A stretch of DNA of 64,000 bases, taken from assembly GCA_964016885.1 (NCBI GenBank), contig OZ024741.1:51274001-51338000 (forward strand), written 5' to 3'. Of the stretch, positions 51,062-64,000 are shown in pieces. A program made the position numbers and the translations under genes. Numbering within the stretch: position 1 is the first letter of the stretch; every line of letters starts with the position of its first letter. Below the pieces are notes generated by a model. That model saw only the letters and a list, made by a program, of their open reading frames with translations, ran no database searches and had not been told where the DNA came from. Source of the stretch: Eledone cirrhosa (Eukaryota).

Positions 51062-51925
51062 CTTAAAACTAAAAGACAAGATGAAGACGATGATCAGAAT
51101 GTGGTGTTAATGGTAGTAGCGGTGGCGGGGGGGGGGGGGGGGGCGTGATGGCTGTGGTGAAAGATGAAGAAGCAGAAGAAGAAGAAGAAGAAGAAGAAGC
51201 AGAAGAAGCAGAAGAAGCAGAAGAAGAAGAAGAAGAAGAAGAAGAAGAGGGCGGGAAGAAGGAGGAGTTAAAAGCAGAGGGGGAAGAAAGAAGGCGCCTT
51301 ATTATATATTGATAATGTAATCTACCCTACGTTAAGGCTCTGTGGTTTCAGATATGACTGGTAAGGTTTCGTTCTACGTGGAGAGCAAGGACTGAAGCTC
51401 TTATTTAATTGGATTGACAATAATAACTAAAGAGCAGCAGCAGGAGAGGAGATAGAGAGAGGGACACTTGGAGATAAGAAACGATTTACTCGTGGACAAA
51501 TATTACATATTGTTGTTGTTGTTGTTGTTGTTGTTCTTCTTCTTCTTCTTCTTCTTCTTCTTCTTCTTCTTCTTCTTCTTCTTCTTCTTCTTCTTCTTCT
51601 TCTTCTTCTTCTTCTTCTTCTTCTTCTTTCGTTCTTTCTTTCTTTTTCTAACATTATCACCATCATCATCATCAACAGCTACAGCAGCATCTTCACCAAT
51701 AATCACCTTAATCGCCACCATCATCATTAGCGTCGCCACTATCATTACCATCGTTATCATCATCATCATCATCACCACCGCAACCACGAAAACTACCATC
51801 ACCCCTACCACCACCATCATCATCATCATCAGAAACACCAGCATCACCACAACAATAACCACCATCACACCCTACCATCATCGTCATGATCATCATCATC
51901 ACCAACATCAACCTCAGCCCCATTA
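49255..51925. repeat. Trinucleotide low-complexity tracts: (GGT)n, (CAA)n, (CTA)n, (GAA)n, (CTT)n, (CAT)n
   Basis: Seen directly. Confidence 0.9.
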
Positions 51926-52070
51926 TAGCCGTTTCCGTCTGTACAGGTGCATACACATATGTATATAAATATATAGATATGTGTTTGTATATATGTGTGT
52001 ACGTGTATGCATAATATATATATACATATATATATAAATATATATATATATAGTTAAAAGAATAGAGGTG

Positions 52071-52103
<33 letters not shown>

Positions 52104-52113
52104 CTATGGCAGA

Positions 52114-52178
<65 letters not shown>

Positions 52179-52181
<3 letters not shown>

Positions 52182-54545
52182 AAATGAAAATCCGAAGGCA
52201 AGGTAAAATTCCAATCATTTAATCACGACACATGTTTCAATAAAAGATAGATCGATTGTGAAGCCATGATCGATTATCACTGATCTCATCAGGTGAAAAT
52301 GAATTGTCTTCAAATTCTTGATATGAGGGAGAAAAAATAACGATGTTCTCTCACAGAATTCATTCCCTCATATGAAGACACACCAGTCAGAGACACGGCG
52401 ACTGCTATTAGCTTCAGTTGAGGTCATAAAAGTTTTCAGATTTCTATCGCTGCAAAAGACGGTGGACATCAATCAAATCTGTAGGGATACAGTCAGTCAC
52501 AATTAATGTGAGTGGGTACACACGCATTCCACACCCACATACACCGGCTCGAGGTCAAAGAAAAATATATACATATATATATATACATCAACACAGTATT
52601 AAACCTGTAGAGTTAGTGTGGGTGGGTTCACACACACTTTCACACACACCGAAGCGATGATGTCCGAGAAAAAACAAATATAAGAAAACAAATATAATAA
52701 AACAAATATAAGAATGTACCAACACAGCACTCACCGAAAGTTAGTTCACAAAGCAACAGAAGCTATATTGGTCAAATCTCAATTTGACGATGTAAATTGG
52801 AAATATTGGGTTAACCAACGCCCCACATATACACACACACACACACACATCCACGCGCGCGCGCGCGCAATTAAGTTCAGTCCAGTGTTCTGCTATACGT
52901 GTATAGATCGAATTGTAACATCCATATCTTCAAGTGTATGTTATGGTATATACACATCCGAATCGTCCAAAAAAGGGTATGTCCGGGTATATACACATCC
53001 ATGTGAAGAGCAGGCAATCAGCTCATGTCGAACTCAGTGTGTACCGCTGTCCCATTGAGAATCCGAGTCACCAAATCCGTGCGTGCAAGCAACTGCAATG
53101 TAGGCCGGCAAAGGGCTCCGTGTAGGGTTGGGTATTGGGTAAATGCGTCCGCAAGTGCGATTTCCCGTCATATGGGCCAATGAGCTTTTAAGATAGTTGT
53201 TTGAGTGGTGGAGATGTGTTATCCAACACAGAAGGTGAAGTAAGAAAACACAGGGCAGTAAAATCCAAAGGATGTGTGTAGGCCCATTAATGGTGTGTCA
53301 GTATTATTGTTCAATCCGTAACAGTGAGTCCTCCATGGTTAGATGATCACGGATCAAAACCTGGTGTAGTGTTCAGTCGTTAGGAACGTGACAGTCGTAA
53401 TTGTGGGAGCTCAATGTCTAAAGGAATTGGGTACTGTGTGTAGAGCTATGTATAGAGAGCGTAATCGGTCTTAACTAAGTGTGTAATCAATCTAACTATT
53501 TACTAGCTAGGTATTCAGCTGTGAGAACTCCGTGGAAACAGGCCGAGTATCGTTTGTAAGTGCGCAAACTATCTTAGCCGTCTAACTACCTAAGTGTGTG
53601 ACTGTCCGTTTATTGAGAGAACTCTATGGCTAAAGTAGAGAGGGAGGAGTTAGTGATAGGTTACCTTCCAAATATCCTACGGAAGGTTTTCGAGGTTCTA
53701 TGTTGGCAGTTGCTGAAAAAATCTGCTCTCATATTAATTAATAGGGGGCCGCCTCTAATAATATTAAAAGTTTCAGCTATACATAAATTGCAGACGCCAG
53801 TGCTGCCGTTATAAGGTTGGGCTGAGCAAACTATGGACCAGGATAAGGAGTGCTCTATATTCTGATGTTTAAGCTTCCAGACTAATTCCGAAAGTGTTTT
53901 CTTATATTTGTTTTTTCTCGGACATCGCTTCGGTGTGTGTGAAAGTGTGTGTGTACCCACCCACACTAACTCTACAGGTTTAATACTGTGTTGATGTGTG
54001 TATATATATATATATGTATATATTTTTCTTTGACCTCGAGCCGGTGTATGTGGGTGTGGAATGTGTGTGTGTACCCACTCACTTTAACTGTGACTGACTG
54101 TATCCCTACAGATTTGATTGATGTCCAACGTCTTTTGCAGCGATAGAAATCTGAAAACTTTTATGACCTCAACTGAAGCTAATAGCAGTCGCCGTGTTTC
54201 TGACTGGTGTGTCTCCATATGAGGGAATGAATTCTGTGAGAGAACATCGTTATTTTTTCTCCCTCATATCAAAATTTTGAAGACAATTCATTTTCACCTG
54301 ATGAGATCAGTGATAATCGATCATGGCTTCACAATCGATCTATCTCTTATTGAAACATGTGTCGTGATTAAATGATTGGAATTTTACCTTGCCTTCGGAT
54401 TTTCATTTTGATACTTATACTCCGTTTTACATCATCTAGCTGTTCCCTTGAATGGAATTGGAGATATACAAAAGCGTGGAGAACTTAATATTGCTAACAT
54501 AAAGTTATTGGACCATTTTACACAACCAATAATGCACCTTACTAT
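52179..54545 (-). mobile_element. 5'-truncated second Hydra-like PLE with ~510-bp inverted pLTRs
   Basis: 52179-52690 is the reverse complement of 53895-54411; 53661-53900 encodes TLSELVWKLK..SWSIV..AQPYNG..CNLCIAE, homologous to the trimer's GIY-YIG C-terminus. Confidence 0.85.
54294..54367 (+). ncRNA. Type I hammerhead ribozyme (mirror copy 52223-52296 on -)
   Basis: UCAC-CUGAUGA-..GAUA.AUCGAU..AUCGAU.UAUC..-GAAA-C AUGU-GUC-GUGA. Confidence 0.72.
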
Positions 54546-55463
54546 ATAACAACTATACATATATATATACTCAGCTATAGCATTGAGGTTTCTATCTCTA
54601 GGTTAATTTTCAACCGACTGGCTGAAGGCATGCTTGGGCACCGCCTTTGTAAAGACGCTTACTGCGCCTAGGTTTCCTAAGTAAGAAGTTGGGTCACATG
54701 GTGGACAAAAAATATGCATAAAAACATAACGCATGTAGAATGAAAATGTTTACGTCAAGTGAAAGAATAGAAAAGGATTTGATGTTTTGGGTTAAATCCT
54801 TTATCGAAATACAGTAAGAGAAGAAAAGGATATGAAAAAAGTGATGAAGCAAGAGAATGAAATAAGGAATCAAGCAAGTTGAAAATATCAAAATAAAAAT
54901 TGCACAATATGAAGAATATAAAGTTAATTTATATATAAATACCTTGTTAATCCATTATTACTATAAGTTTGTAAAATCGTGAACATCTCTTGTCGGACAC
55001 AGAATATAATCCTAACACCTGTATCTCTTTTCTTTTCTTCACGAATATTCTATCTGTCAGTCAGGTTACGCCTATATATATATATGTATGTGTGTGTGTG
55101 TGTGTGTGAGTGAGTGTGTGTGTGTGTGCATGTATGTATGTATGCATGTATGTATGTATGCATGCATGCATGTATGCATGCATGTATGTATGTATGTATA
55201 CATATTTGTATGTATGTATGCATGCATGTACGTATGTATGTATGTATGTATGTATGTATGTATGTATGTATGTATGCATGCATGTACGTATGTATGTATG
55301 TATGTATGTATGTATGTATGTATGTATACATATTTGTATGTATGTATGCATGCATGTATCTATGTATGCATGTATGTATGTATGTATGTATGTATGTATG
55401 TATGTATGTATGTATGTATGTTTGTATCAAAAGCTCGTCAGACCTTTGCTGGTGCGACGCAGA

Positions 55464-55548
55464 GGTCTGGCGAGCTTTTGATTCCAGAGTCAGGCCAGAT
55501 CGATACAGATCGAACCTTGAGCTGATCAATAGCGAAACGCGCGTCACC
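55464..55548 (+). ncRNA. Type I hammerhead motif with A6>G change, overlapping a hairpin at 55426-55482
   Basis: GGU-CUGGCGA-GCU.UUGA..UCAA.AGC-GAAA-C GCGC-GUC-ACC; the inverted arm retains CTGACGA. Confidence 0.65.
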
Positions 55549-55694
55549 AATCAATAAACGTAATGAAAGCTTAACAAATCGTCCTTGTATCATTATATTA
55601 CACTCTGGCTAGCTCTACACCTCGCCACTGACGTGAACCTAAACCTCGAGTGATCACCTGGCTGAACCTACAGTAACTTCACGTTACACTAAGT

Positions 55695-55812
<118 letters not shown>

Positions 55813-55852
55813 TATATATATACAGTATATATACTGTATATATATATATATA

Positions 55853-55944
<92 letters not shown>

Positions 55945-55984
55945 TATATATATACAGTATATATACTGTATATATATATATATA

Positions 55985-56064
<80 letters not shown>

Positions 56065-56117
56065 TATATATATACAGTATATATATACAGTATATATACT
56101 GTATATATATATATATA

Positions 56118-56178
<61 letters not shown>

Positions 56179-56193
56179 ATATATATATATATA

Positions 56194-56267
<74 letters not shown>

Positions 56268-56283
56268 TGTATATATATATATA

Positions 56284-56312
56284 CTAGCAGAATGACCCAG
56301 CGTTGCTCGGGC
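56284..56312 (-). mobile_element. Helitron 3' terminus
   Basis: Reverse strand GCCCGAGCAACGCTGGGTCATTCTGCTAG-T, matching the end of the 23608-24283 element. Confidence 0.65.
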
Positions 56313-56568
56313 TTCTAAACATAGATCGGCATGTTTATCCCTCTTTACAGTACAGAGAAGTACGCAATACCTCGGCCTGGGGATGGTGTCTACATTTTGA
56401 ACATGACACTCTGGTAGCTCTGGTTGTCGTACCATCAAGTGGCTTTCCCTATCTTCCAACACGATTTCATATCAAAAACCTCGCAAAACAAATTCATCGC
56501 CGTATATATATATAGAGAGAGAGAGAGAGACGTGTGAGACATATATTTATATTTATACACATATATAC

Positions 56569-56601
<33 letters not shown>

Positions 56602-56627
56602 CATAGTACGTTATTCCGGGTTGAATC

Positions 56628-56680
56628 GAGATTCCTGATGATTTCTAAAGAATGAAACAGTTCTATTCCTGTAGAATCTC
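56628..56680 (+). ncRNA. Canonical-core type I hammerhead ribozyme
   Basis: GAGAUUC-CUGAUGA-U UUC UAAA GAA U-GAAA-CAG UUCUAUUC CU-GUA-GAAUCUC; perfect 7-bp stem I, 4-bp stem III. Confidence 0.85.
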
Positions 56681-56695
56681 ATCTATATTAAAACT

Positions 56696-56747
<52 letters not shown>

Positions 56748-57259
56748 CATCATATATATACATATATGTATACATATATACATACATACATCATATATAT
56801 ACATATATGTATATATATATACATACATACATCATATATATACATATATACGTGTGTTTATACACATAAATATGTAAATATATACAGATTATTTTCATTA
56901 TCCGTTATCTCAACAGATTATATATTTATAAAAATAATATCGAACTGTTTTTTTATCATTTTTTTATCAAATTTTCAAACAATTTATTATGACAAAATAA
57001 CTTAAATATTCAATAGCATACCTTTTTTAATATATATGCGACTATGTTTATACACACATACACACACATGCACACACACATACACGTATATATACACACA
57101 CACACATACACATTCATACATACATACATACATACATACATACATACATACATACATACATACATACATACATACATACATACATACATACATACGTACA
57201 TACATACATACGTACGTACATATTAGCTGTAATATAACTGGCTAATATATTTGTAATAT

Positions 57260-57885
57260 AGACGGTGGATTGGCAAAATCGGCAGAACGTCGGGCAAGCT
57301 TTATGGCATAGAGATACGGCTCTTTACGTTCTGAGTTCAAATCCCACCGAGGTTAGCTTTGCCTGAGAACTATTCTCATGGTACTCGTTGCTGTGCAATA
57401 CTCAGCCATTTACACGTTAATTTAGCGGGTAGGATGTTTAGTTGATCGAACAATAAAATCTCGTCGTTGAACCCGACGGAGGATACATTATTTATGCACT
57501 ACTTAACATACCCTAGCATTTCCGTGTCAAACATCCTCCTGGTCCCTTTTTAAACTCCCTTTTCTCTATTAGTTGTTCCCAAATATATTTTGTCGTGGAA
57601 TAATTATATACTTTTTCTCCAAATCGTGAAACTCATAATTATGTTATGGATAATCATCACCACCCTTAATATTATTTTGATAAAAAGAGGGCGGTGGATT
57701 GGCAGAATCGGTAGAGCTTTATGATATTTAGTTACGACTCATTCATTTCTAGGTTCAGATCGCGTCGAGTAAAACTTTACTTTTCCGAGGTCGCTAAAAT
57801 AAAGTACCAGTAACGCACTGTGGTTGATTTAATCTACTTTCCCTTTCCCCCAAAATTGTTGGCCTTGTACCTAAATCAGAATCCA
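57260..57885 (+). mobile_element. Two tRNA-derived SINE copies (57260-57365, 57688-57885)
   Basis: GCGGTGGATTGGCA starts, GAGTTCAAATCCC B-box, AAATAAAGTACCAGT core. Confidence 0.72.
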
Positions 57886-58064
57886 TTTTTATATTATAGA
57901 CTTATACAAGTACGAGTACGAGGTTATACAGTCAGACCATAGATCAGGAATCGAACTTTGTATCTACCGTATGACCGACGATTGCATAACAGATTAGATT
58001 AATGGATCTCTGAAAATCTCAAGCCATCATATTGATTTGATTCTGAAGATGAGGCCGTCAATGG

Positions 58065-58685
58065 CTTGGAATGTTAATGGACTTAGGAACGCTGTTGTTC
58101 CAAACTAACCATAATGTGTATGTACAGTCCCATAACACCTGAGGATGTTGTAGGAGCGCCATATTGACATACGACGTCTCAAAACCTGGCAGAGCCTATC
58201 TCCTCTCCAGGACTGTGTACAGCAAGTTTCTTCTGGAGAATTATGGACAGAGAGAATGGCAGTGAAAAAGAGATATAGAGGAAGAATCGACCCCAGTACT
58301 TGACTGGTACTTTTTATGATTTGGAATGTTAATGGACCTAGGAAAGTTATTGTTCCAAATTAAGTATATGTATATAATAACTCCCTCGCGGGGGTGTCGT
58401 AGAGGCGCCATATTGATATACGACCTCCCTAGGACATTTTAAAACCTGGTGGAGTCCATCTTCTCTCCAGAACTGTGTACAGCAGATTTCTTCCGGAGAA
58501 TGATGGAGAGAATGAGAGAATGGCAGTGAGAAAGAGATATAGAGGAAGAATCTACCTCAGTACTTGATTGGTACTTTTTTTTATTAACTTCGAAAGGATG
58601 AAAGGCAAAGTTGACCTCAACAGAGAGAGCTGAAAGCTGGAACGAATACCGCAAGGCATTCTATCTGACGTTCTAACGACTCTTC
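58065..58685 (-). mobile_element. Long-tailed SINE, tandemly duplicated
   Basis: TTGGAATGTTAATGGAC at ~58066 and 58321; matches 19920-20110 in reverse. Confidence 0.68.
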
Positions 58686-58838
58686 AAATTCCCCGCTCTC
58701 TCTCTCTCTCTCTCTCCCTTTCTCTCTCTCTCTCTCTTTCACTCTCTCTCTCTCTCATCCACTCATTCTTTCTTTTTCCCTCTCTTTCTCTTTCCCTCTC
58801 TCCCTCTCTCTCCGTTTCCCTCTTTTTCTGCCAGCATG

Positions 58839-58958
<120 letters not shown>

Positions 58959-59019
58959 CTACACAGATCAATGTATGTATCAATAATTTATTTTTCTACA
59001 TATATCTATCTTTTCGCAG

Positions 59020-59313
59020 CCTTGCATTCCGCCAACGCCAAAAGCGGAGTTAGCGGCACAATGGGCAGTCCAGGAGCCACGAGCGTAGGAGCAGCTCTAT
59101 CAGGGCTCAGTCTTCCTAACATTCCACCATTACCCAACATGGCGTTGCCAAGCATGTATTTCCATAGCAACATGGCTGCTGCAGCTGGTATGGAATGGCC
59201 AGGACCGCCTATAGGAAGTTCCCTAGGTCCGCCGCAGACCTCCATGGCTTCATATATGACCACACCAGGAGCTACTTCCAAATGTGACAACAGACTACTG
59301 CATACGTCATCAG
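59020..59313 (+). CDS. Arx: Post-homeodomain coding exon of the Aristaless/ARX-like gene
   Basis: TTTTCGCAG acceptor; phase 1 in frame with the 47166 donor; ALHSANAKSGVSGTMGSPG...MAAAAGMEWPGPP...LLHTSS; CAG|GTAAGC donor. The final exon (expected OAR motif) was not seen in the window. Confidence 0.82.
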
Positions 59314-59717
59314 GTAAGCTATTTTGCTAATTGCTCCCCTTCTGTTGTGATCTGAGGCTGTGTTGTTCAGGCCCATGCATGCTGGACATAAGCGCAGACC
59401 AGATATGAAATATAGGCTCCTAATGTTACTCATATGTCAAGACCAGAAGACCAGAAGTAAAATATCTTGACCTATACACCACCTTAAACATAAGGTGGTA
59501 ATTGGCTCAGGCCGAATGTAAAATGTAGCTAACCCTATAAACTATTAATAGACCTCAAACCCATATGAAATGTAACAAAAGCTAGTAAGAGCTCCAAGAC
59601 AGATATGAAATGTAAATCCTAAAATCTGGTAAAAGATATACAAAGCGGCTGGTTTAGAAAGCATTGTAGAAATTTGAATCTTGAAAAGTGTGCGCCCTAA
59701 CGTAAATCATAAAAATA

Positions 59718-60947
59718 ATTGTTTCTACTTAAGGCACAAGGCCAGCAATTACCCAGTGCGTTACTGGTACATTATTTTATCGACCCCGTAAGGATGAAAG
59801 GCAAAGTTAACCTCGGCGGGATTTGAACTCAGACTGTAAAGGGACGTAACTATGCTAGAGAGCATGGTGTCTGACTCTCTACCGATTCTGCCAATCTACC
59901 ACCTCTACTATAGACACAAGGACAGTAATTTAAAGGGAATAGGTAATTCGATCAAATCGACCCCAGTGCATCACAGGTATTATATTTTATCGGCCCCGTA
60001 AGGATGAAGGGCAAAACTCACCTCAACGAGATTTGAACTCGAAGGGTCGTCATTATATGATCCTCCTCATCCTCCTTTTTCTTCTGCTTCTTCGCCCACT
60101 TATTGCTGAGAGGGTCGTGGGGGCAGAATCCTCAAACACTCCTTCCAGCGGTTCCTGTCAGAACAACCATTTCCAACTGATCCAGCTGGAACCCCAAGCG
60201 AAAGCAGCCAAGCCCATAGATGTTATCCAACCATCATGTTCGGGGTCTACCTCCGGGTGAACACGGCTAATCAGGACATTACAAATTCAATATAATAATT
60301 AAAATAGTCGCACTTTCACACATACATGCACATATTATATTTTTCCGTAACTCTTGAGGGAATGGTAAGGCGCCGTATTTACATACGGCGTTTCTAGGGA
60401 ATTTTTAAACCTGGAGAAGCCTGTCTCCTCTCCAAGTCAGAATACAGCAGATTTCTCCGAGAGAATGAGAGAGTAGAGTGAGAGAATGGAAGGATTGAAA
60501 GAGATATAGAGGAAGAATCAGCCCCAGTACTAGTCTGGTACTTTATAATTGACCTTAAATAGATGAAAGGCAAAGTTAACTTCTGCAGGATTTGAACTCA
60601 GAGAGCAGAGAGCCAAAACGAATACCGTTTCTAAAAACTCTGCCAATTCACCACCTACATACTCATATTACTGGTACTACGTCGGCTACGACGATGAGTA
60701 TTCCAGTTGGTACGATCAACGTAACATCCAGCTAGTGAAATTAACGTACCCTTAACATAGTTCTCAGAGAGATTCAGTGTGACACACAATGTGACAAGAC
60801 TGGCCCTTCGAATTACAGGTACAACTCCAGCTGGGTGAAGTGGAGCAACATGAAATAAAGTGTCTTGCTCAAGGACAACGCGCCGCTGAGAAACGAATTC
60901 ACGACCTTGTGAACTGAAAACCCAAACCACAAAGCCACGTGCCTTCA
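59718..60947 (-). mobile_element. Cluster of SINE copies and an RTE 3' fragment
   Basis: Repeated TTTATCGACCCCGTAAGGATGAAAGGCAAAG..ATTTGAACTC at ~59780, ~59990 and ~60550; second SINE family at ~60660-60947. Confidence 0.75.
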
Positions 60948-61307
60948 CATGCTCATATAAATACATCATAACCTGTTTGATGTTGTCTAAATTGTAATGG
61001 AAGATTTTGATTCTGAGTTGCAAACTGGTTCTTTCTATATTTGGTGAGAAATTTTAAAAGTATAACCAGCAGAGAACCATACTTATATACATTTGTGCGA
61101 CAACACAAGTATATATGCATCCTTATGTACACAAAAGTACACATGCATGTGTACATACGTATATACATACTTGCATACATACATACCTATATACATACAT
61201 ATATACATACATGACTATTTCCGTACATACGTATGCGGTCGAGTCCCTATATCATTTATACATACATGATATAGATATATATATGTATATGTATATGTAT
61301 ATGTATG

Positions 61308-61383
<76 letters not shown>

Positions 61384-61454
61384 TATGTATGTATATGTAT
61401 ATGAATATGTATATATATATGTATATACTTACATACATAAATATATATATGTAA

Positions 61455-61564
<110 letters not shown>

Positions 61565-61869
61565 ACCTATAAGAATTATATTATACCTTAGAGGTAAAAT
61601 AATGAAAGTGCTTTCTAAAAAGTTGAAGTGCGAAGATCTACAACGTGAAACGTTGAGTTTATCATACACATCAAAGGTAGCAGTTCATTTCGTCTTTTTT
61701 GCAAATTTTGTAGACTACAAATGGAACGTTGGAAAATAGATATTTTTGATTTGGGTTTTTGAAAATCTTTGATTTTATCTATTTACTTTTCTGAAATAAA
61801 TTGAAATGTATTTTTCGTTTGTTTCAACACAGCTTAATATATACACACATACTCTCGCTCGCTCGCTCT

Positions 61870-61940
<71 letters not shown>

Positions 61941-61955
61941 ACTCTCTCCCTCTCT

Positions 61956-61994
<39 letters not shown>

Positions 61995-61998
61995 GAGA

Positions 61999-62042
<44 letters not shown>

Positions 62043-62308
62043 AGAAAGTATGACCCCGATGGCAGAGCTCAAGCCGTTTCGACGGCTATTTCTGGACTAA
62101 ACTAATTTTGAGATAGAGTGCTCGGGATTTTTTTAAATTCACGAGCACTCTATCTCAAAATTATTTTTGAAAAGCATAAGAAATGCGCAACAGGTAAAAA
62201 CTTAGAACTAAAACTGAATACTAACTAATATTTATTACTAATTTATACTTATTCCTAATTAAACTATTTTTCACTGGGAAAAATTTGTCAGCATTTTCTT
62301 TTCAATTT

Positions 62309-62435
<127 letters not shown>

Positions 62436-62570
62436 CATGCGGACACGTACATATACATGAATATATCCACATATATCCTTGAGTTAGTGGTACCAACCTC
62501 AACCCATGTTGCTCTATGAATAACTGGGACAGGGCTAACCGAATGGATTAAATTGATTCAGTATCAGAGC

Positions 62571-63340
62571 TATATAATACATTATGAAGAGAGAAGAAAC
62601 ATTAGATATAATTAGTAATAAGATATATCATACCTAAACTGCTTCTATAGTCCCCGACTACGTAGTTTCGTGGCATATTATGCAAAAACACTACATCATA
62701 GAGATATAGAGTTTTTGTGAGGTCTGCTGACTTGTCAAGAGGTTACTTCATTAAGGGTTTCAAAACACGTCCGTAAGATGCGAGATAGAATCCCGAAAGG
62801 CGGAGGGAGAGTCAATCATGTGATACAGCGGTCAAGAAACATAGCTCAGCCTCTTATAACCCTGAAAAAATACCACGGAGTGTATCTGTGTGTTTCTCTA
62901 TATATTGTTTATAACTCCCTTTGGTCGAGTAACCTTTGAAGTGTAGTGACTGCTGGAAAACTACCATTACTCATACTTCTTGCCTCCTTAACCACTTCTT
63001 CTACGGCCTTGATATAAATACCCCCTCTGCCTCCGTGGTATTTTTTCAGGGTTATAAGAGGCTTAGCTCTGTTTCTTGACCGCTGTATCACGTGATTGAC
63101 TCCCCCTCCGCCTTTCGGGATTCTATCTCGCATCTTACGGACGTGTTTTGAAACCTTTAATGAGGTATCCTCTTGATAAGTCGGCAGACCTCACAAAAAC
63201 TCTATATCTCTGTGGTGTAGTGTTTTTGCATAATATGCCACGAAACTACGTAGTCGGGGACTATAGAAGCAGTTTAGGTATGATATATCTTATTACTAAT
63301 TATATCTAATGTTTCTTCTCTCTTCATAATGTATTATATA
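62571..63340. mobile_element. Fold-back PLE derivative, ~310-bp inverted arms each with a U3:A8 HHR
   Basis: 62571-62880 is the reverse complement of 63031-63340; HHRs at 62651-62742 (-, UUGACAA) and 63168-63260 (+, UUGAUAA); same family as 37600-37938. Confidence 0.85.
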
Positions 63341-63612
63341 TATATATATATATTTCTCTATCTATCTATCTCTCTCTCTCACTCTCTCTCTCTCGCTTTC
63401 TCTCCTTCACACGCACATATACAAACGTACGCACGCGCGCGCGCGCACTCACAGACACACACACACCACACACACACACATATATATATATTATAAAGAG
63501 TCGGGACCTGACGACTGAGCTCTTGTATCAACAGCTAGTTCCAGAGTGTCATATTATATATATGTGTGTATGTGTGTATGTGTCTGTGTGTGTGTTATAT
63601 AGAAATATATAT

Positions 63613-63679
<67 letters not shown>

Positions 63680-63802
63680 ACATACACATATGCATGCATA
63701 AAAGGATAGAAAGGAAGAGATATAAATAAAAGTGGGCTGTATATAAGTATACATACAATAGTATGTATATAGTTTACTTACATCTAGTTCTATCTTTCCT
63801 GA

Positions 63803-63853
<51 letters not shown>

Positions 63854-64000
63854 TAGTCCTTCATCAGTGATCTTCCAACCATCATTGGTATTTCATCGCT
63901 TTAAAGACCATATACCTCCGGTTGGTGCGAGCAACGGCTAAAGAAAGTCGTTGGGACACGTAAATAAGGGGAACGAGCGAGAATGTAAACAAACAAGATG

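Overview
Eukaryotic, AT-rich and microsatellite-saturated genomic DNA; the SINE content suggests a coleoid cephalopod (Octopus-like), which is inference. The host gene is a + strand Aristaless/ARX-type paired-class homeobox gene. Four of its phase-compatible coding exons (20798-20938, 35931-36091, 47091-47166, 59020-59313) are separated by 11-15 kb introns. The rest is dominated by Penelope-like elements (PLEs) inserted in (TA)n: a head-to-tail trimer of an intact 3.53-kb RT + GIY-YIG element (Hydra-clade-like) ending in an inverted terminal piece, a 5'-truncated Neptune-like element, other PLE fragments, and many small non-coding fold-back derivatives. About 20 type I hammerhead ribozyme (HHR) motifs from roughly 11 sequence families can be folded by eye. 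Four unrelated families carry the non-canonical U3:A8 core (UUGANAA instead of CUGANGA). A ~530-bp non-coding HHR tandem repeat looks like a retrozyme. Also present: RTE, Tx1/L1 and CRE LINE relics, tRNA-derived SINEs, a non-autonomous Helitron, 33-bp and 42-bp minisatellites. Repeat boundaries are approximate and all RNA folds are manual.
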